A stretch of DNA of 52,793 nucleotides. Origin: Candidatus Magasanikbacteria bacterium RIFOXYD2_FULL_41_14 (GTDB taxonomy: Bacteria > Patescibacteriota > Patescibacteriia > Magasanikbacterales > GWA2-37-8). The notes below the pieces were generated by a model, which ran no database searches, had not been told where the DNA came from, and was given only the letters and a program-made list of their open reading frames with translations. The stretch is from positions 36,585 through 89,377 of the forward strand of contig MFRE01000009.1 of assembly GCA_001784475.1 (NCBI GenBank). Direction: 5' to 3'. Positions 17,006-25,568 of the stretch are shown piece after piece; the first letter of the stretch is position 1, and the number at the start of each line of letters is the position of its first letter. The translations under genes were made by a program, and so were the position numbers.

Positions 17006-18208
17006 ATGTCCAAAGTAAATACTGATTCAAATAAAATTCAAGAGCTTTTAACGCGCGGGGTGGAAAATATTTACCCAACGCGCGAATTTTTGGAAAAAGA
17101 ATTAAAATCCGGACGACAATTATCTTTATATACTGGTTATGATCCGACTGCTCCAACACTACATATTGGCCATGCTATTACTATGCGGAAATTGCGTCAG
17201 TTTCAGGAGTTGGGTCATAAAGTAATTATGCTCATCGGTGATTTTACTGGTTTAATTGGTGACCCAACCGACAAAGGAGCGGCTCGTGTTCAACAAACGC
17301 GCGAACAAGTTTTAGAAAATTGTAAAGAATATCAAAAACAGGCTAGTGTTTTTTTAAATTTTAGCGGCGATAATCCGGTAGAATTAAAATACAATAGTGA
17401 GTGGTTGGGCAAACTAAATTTTGCTGATGTGCTGGAGCTGACTAGTAATTTTACCGTGCAAAGAATGTTGGAACGGGATATGTTTCAAAAACGCCAACAA
17501 GATGAAAAGCCGATTTATTTGCACGAATTTTTATATCCAATAATGCAAGCATTTGATAGTGTGGCGATGGATGTGGACGGTGAAGTGGGTGGCAATGACC
17601 AAACTTTTAATATGTTATGTGGGCGCGATTTAATGAAAAGTTTAAAACAGAGAGAAAAATTTGTTTTGACGATGAAACTGTTAACCGACCCCACTGGTAA
17701 AAAAATGGGTAAAAGTGAGGGTAATATGATTGCTTTGTCTGACACGCCTGAAGATATGTTTGGTAAAGTAATGCGTTGGACGGATGGCATGATTGTGAGC
17801 GGGTTTGATTTGTGCACAAATTTATCGTCCGATGGGGTAAGAGCAGTAGAAAAAGAACTTGCTAACGATGTTAACCCGCGTGATTTAAAATTAAAATTGG
17901 CTCTTGAGGTTACAAAGGCATTTTTAGGCGAAGACGCTGCTAAAAAAGGACAGGAATATTTTGTTTCTACTTTTAGCAAAAAAGAAACTCCGGATGAAAT
18001 GCCTGAGCTAAAGCCATCAGTATATGATGTAAGCATGGTTTTGATGGAGGCAAAAATTTGTAAGAGTAAGTCGGAAGCACGTCAAGTAATTGATCAAGGT
18101 GGTGTAAAAATTAACGAAAATAAGGTTGAGGCCAAAGATTATTCCGCGAAAGTAAAAGCCGGCGATATAATTCAAAAAGGCAGTCGATTTTTTGTGCGTG
18201 TTAAGTAA
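17006..18208 (+). CDS. tyrS: Tyrosine--tRNA ligase
   Basis: GYDPTAPTLHIGH, GGNDQ, KMGKS and a C-terminal S4 domain. Confidence 0.97.
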   Translation: MSKVNTDSNKIQELLTRGVENIYPTREFLEKELKSGRQLSLYTGYDPTAPTLHIGHAITMRKLRQFQELGHKVIMLIGDFTGLIGDPTDKGAARVQQTREQVLENCKEYQKQASVFLNFSGDNPVELKYNSEWLGKLNFADVLELTSNFTVQRMLERDMFQKRQQDEKPIYLHEFLYPIMQAFDSVAMDVDGEVGGNDQTFNMLCGRDLMKSLKQREKFVLTMKLLTDPTGKKMGKSEGNMIALSDTPEDMFGKVMRWTDGMIVSGFDLCTNLSSDGVRAVEKELANDVNPRDLKLKLALEVTKAFLGEDAAKKGQEYFVSTFSKKETPDEMPELKPSVYDVSMVLMEAKICKSKSEARQVIDQGGVKINENKVEAKDYSAKVKAGDIIQKGSRFFVRVK

Positions 18209-18217
18209 TCATTTAAC

Positions 18218-18284
18218 TGTCATCCTGAACTTGTTTCAGGATCCCACGCTATCTAAGAGATGCTGAAATAAATTCAGCATGACA
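18218..18284. repeat. Inverted pair of REP-like units (REPIN-like)
   Basis: TGTCATCCTGAACTTGTTTCAGGATC (18218-18243) and an inverted copy at 18259-18284 whose reverse complement is TGTCATGCTGAATTTATTTCAGCATC. Confidence 0.8.
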
Positions 18285-18290
18285 ATATAT

Positions 18291-19964
18291 ATGGATATTA
18301 AATTCGAAATAATAAAAACTCTGCGATTGGTCGGCATTACCGGCGAAATTGAATTAACCGCTCCGCCTAAACCGGAAATGGGTGATTATGCCTTTGCTTG
18401 TTTTGGTTTGGCCAAAGAACGAAAAAATAGTCCGGTTGAAATGGCAAAAAAGTTGGCCGAAGATTTAAGACCGAAAACTAAAGATTGCTGTGAAAAAGTT
18501 GAGGCCTTTGGGCCGTATATTAATTTTTTTGTTAATCCAAAATATTTGGTTGAAACAGTATTAGGAAAAAAACAGCCACCCAAAGGCACACTGGCCATAA
18601 ACAAAAAAATAATCATAGAATTTGCGTGTCCGAATACCCACAAGGCCTTTCACATCGGCCATTTACGTAATATTATCACCGGTGAGTCAGTCGCGCGTAT
18701 TTTGAGTTATGTCGGCTGTAAAGTTATTCGTACGAATTACCAGGGAGATGTTGGCATGCAAATCGCGAAATGTTTATGGGCATTGACAGTAGCAGAGGTG
18801 GATGATGGCAAAGATAAAACTTTAGAGGAAAAAGTTAAAATTTTAGGCGCGGCTTATGCCAAAGGGGCTAAGGCCTTTGAAGAAAACGAAAATTTTAAAA
18901 AAGAAATAGTGGAAATTAACGATAAAATTTATTCGCAGGATAAATCAATTAAAAAAATATACACGGAAACTCGTCAGTGGAGTTTAGAGTATTTTGATAA
19001 AATTTACGCACGCGTGGGGGCGCATTTTGACCGATTTTATTTTGAGTCGGAAACATATGCCGATGGCATTAAATTAGTGAATGAATATTTTAAAAAAGGT
19101 GTGTTTGAAAAGGGCGAAGGTGGTGCCATAATTTTTCCTGGTGAAAAATATGATTTACATAGTCGCGTTTTTATCACAGCCAAAGGTTTCCCGACTTACG
19201 AAGCTAAAGATCAGGCCTTGGCGCGTTTGCAGTTTGAAGAGTATAAGCCGAATAAAATTTTACATGTAGTCGGTAAAGAGCAAACCGAATATTTTAAAGT
19301 GATTTTTAAGGCCTTGGAATTTACTTATCCTCCATCAAAAGGCAAAGAAGAACATTTGGATTATGGTTGGGTGAGTTTAAAGGACGGCAAAATGAGTTCG
19401 CGCACTGGTAATGTGATATTAGGGGAGTGGTTGTTGGATAGCGTTAAAGAAGAAGTTAAAAAAGTGATGAAAGAGGCGGAGAGTTTGGCGCCAGATACGG
19501 CTGAAAAAATTGCCGTCGCAGCCGTTAAATACGCGTTTTTAAAAACCGGAGTGAAAAATGATATCAGCTTTGATTTGAAAGAATCAGTTTCTCTAACAGG
19601 TGACAGCGGGCCATATTTATTGTATATTTTGGCGCGTATTAAAAGTATTTTGGCCAAAGCCGGCAAGTTATCCGAAAAAATAGATATGCCGGAAGAAATA
19701 GTGTCGGTTGAGAAAAAAATGTTGCTACAATTGGCTGAATCTGAGGATGCGACATTTTTGGCTGCTCAAAATTATGACCCGTCGCAAATTGCTAAGTATT
19801 TATTTAATCTGGCGCGTGCCTTTAATGATTTTTATGAAAATTGCCCGGTACTTGGTTCGGCAGAAAGAGTTAAAAATTTTCGTTTGCGTTTGATTTCTAA
19901 AGTGGGCGAGACGATGGACAGCGGGCTTAATTTACTTGGTATTAAATCAGTTGATAAAATGTAA
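18291..19964 (+). CDS. argS: Arginine--tRNA ligase
   Basis: PNTHKAFHIGHLRN, KMSSRTG, GDSGPYLLY and DALR-like anticodon domain. ATG 18291 preferred because 18279 lies in the repeat. Confidence 0.97.
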   Translation: MDIKFEIIKTLRLVGITGEIELTAPPKPEMGDYAFACFGLAKERKNSPVEMAKKLAEDLRPKTKDCCEKVEAFGPYINFFVNPKYLVETVLGKKQPPKGTLAINKKIIIEFACPNTHKAFHIGHLRNIITGESVARILSYVGCKVIRTNYQGDVGMQIAKCLWALTVAEVDDGKDKTLEEKVKILGAAYAKGAKAFEENENFKKEIVEINDKIYSQDKSIKKIYTETRQWSLEYFDKIYARVGAHFDRFYFESETYADGIKLVNEYFKKGVFEKGEGGAIIFPGEKYDLHSRVFITAKGFPTYEAKDQALARLQFEEYKPNKILHVVGKEQTEYFKVIFKALEFTYPPSKGKEEHLDYGWVSLKDGKMSSRTGNVILGEWLLDSVKEEVKKVMKEAESLAPDTAEKIAVAAVKYAFLKTGVKNDISFDLKESVSLTGDSGPYLLYILARIKSILAKAGKLSEKIDMPEEIVSVEKKMLLQLAESEDATFLAAQNYDPSQIAKYLFNLARAFNDFYENCPVLGSAERVKNFRLRLISKVGETMDSGLNLLGIKSVDKM

Positions 19965-19974
19965 TATTATAACT

Positions 19975-20469
19975 ATGTTTTTTTTGCAAAAATGTTATCG
20001 CCAGGGCGAGGTGCCGGAATGGTTTGTGCGGACCGGTTTGGTAGTGGGGGTGTTGGGGTTAATTGATTCCGCTTATTTAGTCGTTAAGCACTTTGCCGCG
20101 AGTAAAGTGATTGGAGGATTTTGTCCTTTGCATGAAGTTGGTTTTATTGACTGCGATCGGGTTACTTCCAGTGTTTACTCCTATCTTTTGGGGGTGCCAC
20201 TGGCGGTTTGGGGTGCGTTGTTTTATTTTTTGGTGGTTTTATTTTTCGCCATTGCTTTGCGTAAAAAAGACCCACCCTGGTTGCTTAGTGTGATCGTGGT
20301 AGCCACCTTGGCCAGTTTTGCGTTTTCGCTGTGGCTCATGTATGCCCAGATATTTAAAATCGGCGCGGTTTGCACGCTTTGTTTGATTTCTTTTGGTTTG
20401 TCGTTGGTCTTGTTTATTTTAGACGCGATTTTGTTGATCGGCTGTTGGAAAAATAAGCCGTGGGGATAG
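19975..20469 (+). CDS. Vitamin K epoxide reductase (VKOR) family protein
   Basis: Loop Cys pair (C...DCDRVTSS.YS), 'LGVPLA..G', CTLC (CxxC) and 4-5 TM helices. Confidence 0.9.
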   Translation: MFFLQKCYRQGEVPEWFVRTGLVVGVLGLIDSAYLVVKHFAASKVIGGFCPLHEVGFIDCDRVTSSVYSYLLGVPLAVWGALFYFLVVLFFAIALRKKDPPWLLSVIVVATLASFAFSLWLMYAQIFKIGAVCTLCLISFGLSLVLFILDAILLIGCWKNKPWG

Positions 20470-20627
20470 AGCATACTGTGGCTGAGGATACAAGCTTGTG
20501 CCAATAGCCAACTGACTTTAAATATGTTATAGTAAATGTGTTATTTTAAGGGATTATTTCGGATTTAACAAGTTAACTCCACACCAGTATATTTCATAGT
20601 AAGTAAAATCGCAGTTTGTTAAGAGAT

Positions 20628-21701
20628 ATGTATACAGTTTTAAATAAAAAAGAATTACAAAGATATCCAGAATTTGATAATCATTTTATGGTCGTCAAAT
20701 TATTTGAGCCCAAAGTTTGTCTGGATGGTTATATCAGCATTCATCGTCAGCGCCAGAGTTATCCGGCGCTTGGAGCCACCAGGCTGTGGAGTTATAGTTC
20801 AGAAGAGGATGCTCTACGTGATTCTTTGCGTTTGGCACGTTTGATGTCATATAAGTCTGTTTTGGCTGGATTACCTTATACCGGCGCAAAAGCAGCATTG
20901 ATTTTTAGTCCTAATTCTCAAATTAATCGTCGGGATTTTTTTAAGGCCTATGCTTCTGTAGTCAATGAACTTGGTGGGCAGTTTGTTACCGGCACTGACG
21001 TTGGGGTTAACAACACGGACTTAGCGGTTATGGCGGCTGAAAGTAAATTTATGATTGGCAATGGGGTTGACTCCGGTTTTTATACCGCTGTCGGTATATT
21101 AGATAGCATTTTAGAATCGCTAAGAGAGGTTTTTAATTCCGAAGATTTAAGCGCTCGCAGTTTTGCTATTCAGGGTTTGGGCAAAACTGGAGGTCATTTG
21201 CTTAAATTGTTGGTTAAAGGAGGAGCCAATAATATATTTGTTACCGACATCAATCCTCGTAAAACTTGGTATTATAAATTGCGCTATCCGTTTATTAAGT
21301 TAGTTAATCCGGTCGCTATTTACACCCGGGAAGCTGATGTATTTTGTCCTTGCGCCTTAAGCCATGCCGTGACTGCCGAGAGAATACCATTTTTTAAATT
21401 TAAAATTATTGCCGGTTCCGCTAACAATCAACTGGAGAGTGTCCAAGCCGGCCAAGATTTATTTGATAAAGGCATATTGTATGCGCCGGACTATGTGATT
21501 AATGCCGGTGGATTGGTGAGTGTGATTGATGAAATGGAAAATGGTAAGTCCGATCATGAGCGCACATTATCTAAAATTAAAAAGATCAGAGATAGTTTGA
21601 GTGCAATCTATTTTTCCAGTAAACAGGAAGGGCAATCAACTAATATCGTGGCCGACAATTTGGCGGAAGAAATATTAGAGCGCAATTGTGCCGTTAAATA
21701 A
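20628..21701 (+). CDS. Glu/Leu/Phe/Val dehydrogenase family protein (Leu/Phe/Trp DH-like)
   Basis: ALGATR, RLARLMSYK, GAKA, GTDVG, QGLGKTG, GSANNQL and YAPDYVINAGG motifs; ATG 20628. Confidence 0.92.
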   Translation: MYTVLNKKELQRYPEFDNHFMVVKLFEPKVCLDGYISIHRQRQSYPALGATRLWSYSSEEDALRDSLRLARLMSYKSVLAGLPYTGAKAALIFSPNSQINRRDFFKAYASVVNELGGQFVTGTDVGVNNTDLAVMAAESKFMIGNGVDSGFYTAVGILDSILESLREVFNSEDLSARSFAIQGLGKTGGHLLKLLVKGGANNIFVTDINPRKTWYYKLRYPFIKLVNPVAIYTREADVFCPCALSHAVTAERIPFFKFKIIAGSANNQLESVQAGQDLFDKGILYAPDYVINAGGLVSVIDEMENGKSDHERTLSKIKKIRDSLSAIYFSSKQEGQSTNIVADNLAEEILERNCAVK

Positions 21702-21799
21702 TTAAATGTTTCCTTAATTGAGGTTTTGGCCGTATGAGAGCGCGCTGTATTTTAAAGGTGGTGGTAAACAAAAATGGAATATTAAATAGTAACTTGCGT

Positions 21800-22900
21800 A
21801 TGTTAAAAGACAATTTTGACCGTAAGTCTTGGCGTCCAGTGCGCCTAAAATATCGTTCTAAAAATTGGTTGACATTGACTCGCGGTGGTTCCAATGTTGT
21901 TTTGGTTGATCAATATAACATTTTTATAGAAGAATTATTTTTATTGCGCAATCCAAGATTTAAATTTGAAAAAATAGACATTGTCGCTTTGAACAGATTC
22001 AAACTTAGTTTTTTAAAAAATAATCCGGCTGAATTATCGGGCGGTTGGTTTTATTTTCCTTGGTTAAATCAACTAGTGCATTTTTTGCCTGAGATAGAAC
22101 ATTTAGAGCTTCGTACCGGTCGGAATAGAAATTTAATCACCAGCGATGAACAGAGTATCTACTATAAAGCCACTGTCGCTGTTTTGGGAATGAGTGTCGG
22201 CAGTCATGTGGCTTTAACTTTGGTTATGACCGGTGGAGCCAAAAAAATTATTTTAGCCGATCCGGACACAATTTCCGGTTCCAATTTAAATCGTATTCGA
22301 GTTGGTTTTCATCAAATTGGTTTGAGCAAGGTTAGGTCCGTTGCCAGGCAAATTTTTGAAATAAATCCCTATTCTCAAATTGATATTTATGACGACGGCG
22401 TAACCGATAAAAATTTGATAAAGATTTTTAATGGTAAGAATAAACCAGCTTTGGTTATTGAAGAAATGGATAACCCGTATTTTAAAATTAAGACAAGAGA
22501 GTTGGCACGCCGAAAGGGCGTTCCAGTAATCATGGCCGCTGATAATGGTGATGGGGTTAATGTTGACGTCGAGCGCTACGACTTAAATAAAAAACTTCCA
22601 ATTTTACACGGATTAATTCCTAATTTAGAATCAAAAATGTTTAAGTCAGTTGATCCCAAAGATCTGGTTGGAATAATGGCCAAAATGGCCGGATCGGATT
22701 ATGCCAGTAAAAGAATGTTGAAATCAGTTGCATTGGTGGGAAAGAAATTATATTCCTGGCCACAGCTCGGTACCGCCGCTACTTTGTGTGGTTCGGTTTT
22801 GGCAAATTTAGGTCGGAGAATAATTTTGGATGAAAAAATTAACAGTGGTCGTTTTATTGTGAACGAGTTAACCATGTTTAAAATGATTAAGCGGAGTTAG
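21800..22900 (+). CDS. ThiF-family adenylyltransferase, Rv1355c/FeeI-like
   Basis: 'W.YFPW...LVH.L......LRT.RNRNLI', GMSVG, ADPD.IS.SNLNR, 'DVERYD' and WPQLG motifs; no CxxC. Start 21800 (alternative 21734). Confidence 0.88.
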   Translation: MLKDNFDRKSWRPVRLKYRSKNWLTLTRGGSNVVLVDQYNIFIEELFLLRNPRFKFEKIDIVALNRFKLSFLKNNPAELSGGWFYFPWLNQLVHFLPEIEHLELRTGRNRNLITSDEQSIYYKATVAVLGMSVGSHVALTLVMTGGAKKIILADPDTISGSNLNRIRVGFHQIGLSKVRSVARQIFEINPYSQIDIYDDGVTDKNLIKIFNGKNKPALVIEEMDNPYFKIKTRELARRKGVPVIMAADNGDGVNVDVERYDLNKKLPILHGLIPNLESKMFKSVDPKDLVGIMAKMAGSDYASKRMLKSVALVGKKLYSWPQLGTAATLCGSVLANLGRRIILDEKINSGRFIVNELTMFKMIKRS

Positions 22901-22928
22901 TTTTTATCGTGCGCTGTTTTAAATAATT

Positions 22929-23999
22929 ATGAATCCAGATTTTGAAAAAATAATCGAAGCTGGTTCTCGTGCTCCCTCTGGTGATAATTCTCAGCCTTGG
23001 CTTTTTGATATTGATGACAATAGTATAGTAATATATAATAATGTAAACAGAGATAGCTCTCTTTATAACTATAACCAAACGGCGTCGCTTATTGCTATTG
23101 GGGCTTGTATTGAGAATATGATTATAGCAGCGGGACACTTTGGTTATACGGCTGATTTGGTTTTGTTTCCCGATTTATCTGTCTCGACTAAGGTAGCCAT
23201 AATAAATTTGTCGGCTGGTTTAACGCCCGTCGGTGACCTTTATGGGCATATCATTGATAGGTGTAATAATCGTAAGGCCTATCAGGGCATTGATTTAGAT
23301 GAAGGAGAACGGACAGCATTATTGGGTATTACCAATAATTTTGATGGTGCTTCTTTATTTTTGGTCGAAGGCCGAGAGTCGGTCGCTAAACTTTCAGAGG
23401 CCGGCGGAAAGAATGAAAAATTGGTGTTAGAAAATTATTGGTTACACAAGTTTTTGTTTGATCAAATAGCATGGTCGGCGGAGAGCGCGGCTAGTAGTGG
23501 TGAAGGGGTTTATGTAAAAACATTAGAAATGCCACCGCCGGCGCAATTAATTTTTAAGCTTTGTAGTAACTGGAAAGTGATGAAATTTTTTAACAAATTT
23601 CATTTAGCTGATTTAATTTGTCAGCAGAATACGCAATTATACAAGAAAACTGGAGCCTACGGCGTGGTAGTGGCTCGCTCTGACTCACCTCGCGATATTG
23701 TTCAGGCTGGTCGCATGATAGAGAAGGTGTGGTTAAGTGCTACCAAGCTCGGTTTAAGTTTTAATGCCATGGCCGGTTTGGTGTTGTTAGCGGCTAGGAT
23801 TAGACAGGGTGGCACAGAGCATCTAACTTTAGCTGAGCAAGAAGTCGTACGTTCATCTTATAGTGAAATCATCAAAATATTTGGTATTCAGCACGGTTTT
23901 GCGTTATTTGTTTTTCGCTTGGGGCATTCTTTGCCCCCCTCAGCCCGTTCTTATCGAATGCCGATTAAGCGTATTTTGTGTTCAAGTTTGACGGAATAA
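22929..23999 (+). CDS. Nitroreductase-fold (FMN) protein, Rv1355c C-terminal/Acg-like
   Basis: RAPSGDNSQPW, 'IAIGACIENM', 'R.NNRK.Y', 'AGR.IEKVWL.AT..GL' and 'FRLG.S.PPS.RS.R.P' motifs. Confidence 0.88.
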   Translation: MNPDFEKIIEAGSRAPSGDNSQPWLFDIDDNSIVIYNNVNRDSSLYNYNQTASLIAIGACIENMIIAAGHFGYTADLVLFPDLSVSTKVAIINLSAGLTPVGDLYGHIIDRCNNRKAYQGIDLDEGERTALLGITNNFDGASLFLVEGRESVAKLSEAGGKNEKLVLENYWLHKFLFDQIAWSAESAASSGEGVYVKTLEMPPPAQLIFKLCSNWKVMKFFNKFHLADLICQQNTQLYKKTGAYGVVVARSDSPRDIVQAGRMIEKVWLSATKLGLSFNAMAGLVLLAARIRQGGTEHLTLAEQEVVRSSYSEIIKIFGIQHGFALFVFRLGHSLPPSARSYRMPIKRILCSSLTE

Positions 24000-24012
24000 A
24001 ATAATTATTTTT

Positions 24013-25548
24013 ATGAATCAAGCCGGCAAAATGTTAAAAATGTTGCGCGAGAAGAAAGAATCTTATTGGGTTAAGAGAGGAGAAAAGATGGCATTAGATT
24101 TGTTTCACGCAATGGCGTCGCGAGTTCCTGCCTATGGTGATTTTTTGAAGAAGAATAAAATTAACCCTCAAAAAATAAGTAGTATTAAAGATTTTAGCAA
24201 AGTTCCCATGATTGACAAGGACAATTATTTGCGCGCTTATAAATTGGAAAAGTTATGCTGGGACGGAAATTTTACTAAAAAACATTGGGACATATCCTCA
24301 ACCTCTGGTTCTACTGGCGCCCCATTTTATTTTCCCAGAGACAAAGAGCAGAACAGCCAATACGCTCTTGCTGCTGAGCTATATTTGGTAAGCAACTTCG
24401 AAATTCATCGCAAAACCACTTTGTATATTAATTGTTTTGCTTTGGGTGTGTGGATTGGTGGTTTGTTCACTTATGAGGCTATTAAGATTTTATCTGAGCG
24501 TGGTAGATATAATTTAACTCTAATTAATCCTGGCTTGAATAAGGTGGAAATAATAAAAGCAGTAAAGAATCTAGGATTTTATTTTGACCAGGTTATAATT
24601 GCTGGATACCCCCCTTTTATAAAAGATACTGTTGACGACGCTATTATTGGGGGTATAAATTGGCGTAATTATAATGTTAAATTTATATTTTCAGCTGAAG
24701 GTTTTAGTGAATCTTTTAGAGATTATATTGCCAGCCATGTTGGTTTGAAGAATATTTTATTGGATTCTCTTAATCATTATGGAACAGTAGATCAAGGTAC
24801 GTTGGCTTACGAGACCCCACTTGCAATACTTGTTAGAAGGGAGACGGTGCAAAATGAAAAATTATTTAAATCGGTTTTTAGAGAGGGCATTGCCAAGTTG
24901 CCCACTTTGGCACAGTATAATCCGGGCGTATTCTTTTTTGAGGAAATTGGTGGTGGTTTAATTTGTTCATCTCGTTCCGGCATTCCTTTAGTACGTTATG
25001 ATTTGAAAGATAGTGGAGGATTGGTCGGTTTTGATGAGATGAAGAAGAAATTTTCTGACCATGATGTCAATTTAAAAAGAAGATGTGCTGATAGCGGTAT
25101 AGTTAACAAGATTTGGAACCTACCTTTTGTGTATGTATATGAGCGTAAAGATTTAAGTATAAGTTTTTGTGGTGCGAATATTTATCCGGAGACAATCAAA
25201 CGTGTTTTGTTTGAGGATAATTTTAATAGTTATTTCACTGGGAAGTTTGTACTTGAAGTGAAATATGATAAAAATCAAAATCCTTTTTTGTGCGTAAATA
25301 TTGAAAATAAGAACGGTGTTTCTAAAGTCAGCGATATTTTGAAGAAAAAATTGACAAAATCTATCACTGCGCGTTTGTTGAGAGAAAATTCTGAATATCA
25401 TTCAGTATATTATGATCAGCGTAAAGAAAAAGCGATTCCCCGACTGCGTTTTTGGTCTTATGGGACGTCGCCATACTTTGTCTTATCCGGTAAACAAAAA
25501 TGGGTTGTAAAAAATAGTGGCGGCAGCGAAACACTAAGTAAAATATAA
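24013..25548 (+). CDS. Phenylacetate-CoA ligase (PaaK)-like adenylate-forming enzyme
   Basis: STSGSTG P-loop, AGYPPF, NHYGTVD, PLVRYDLKD, YERKD and GANIYPE motifs. Confidence 0.9.
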   Translation: MNQAGKMLKMLREKKESYWVKRGEKMALDLFHAMASRVPAYGDFLKKNKINPQKISSIKDFSKVPMIDKDNYLRAYKLEKLCWDGNFTKKHWDISSTSGSTGAPFYFPRDKEQNSQYALAAELYLVSNFEIHRKTTLYINCFALGVWIGGLFTYEAIKILSERGRYNLTLINPGLNKVEIIKAVKNLGFYFDQVIIAGYPPFIKDTVDDAIIGGINWRNYNVKFIFSAEGFSESFRDYIASHVGLKNILLDSLNHYGTVDQGTLAYETPLAILVRRETVQNEKLFKSVFREGIAKLPTLAQYNPGVFFFEEIGGGLICSSRSGIPLVRYDLKDSGGLVGFDEMKKKFSDHDVNLKRRCADSGIVNKIWNLPFVYVYERKDLSISFCGANIYPETIKRVLFEDNFNSYFTGKFVLEVKYDKNQNPFLCVNIENKNGVSKVSDILKKKLTKSITARLLRENSEYHSVYYDQRKEKAIPRLRFWSYGTSPYFVLSGKQKWVVKNSGGSETLSKI

Positions 25549-25568
25549 ATTATAATTGGTTTTTAAAT

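Noticed and set aside
15115..18036. Long antisense ORFs opposite valS, the kinase-like gene and tyrS (and similar ones elsewhere)
   Set aside because: Shadow frames of well-supported + strand genes, with no motifs of their own.
21800..23999. TOMM/RiPP (thiazole-oxazole microcin) cluster
   Set aside because: No YcaO, precursor peptide or transporter; the motifs fit the Rv1355c-type ThiF/nitroreductase better.
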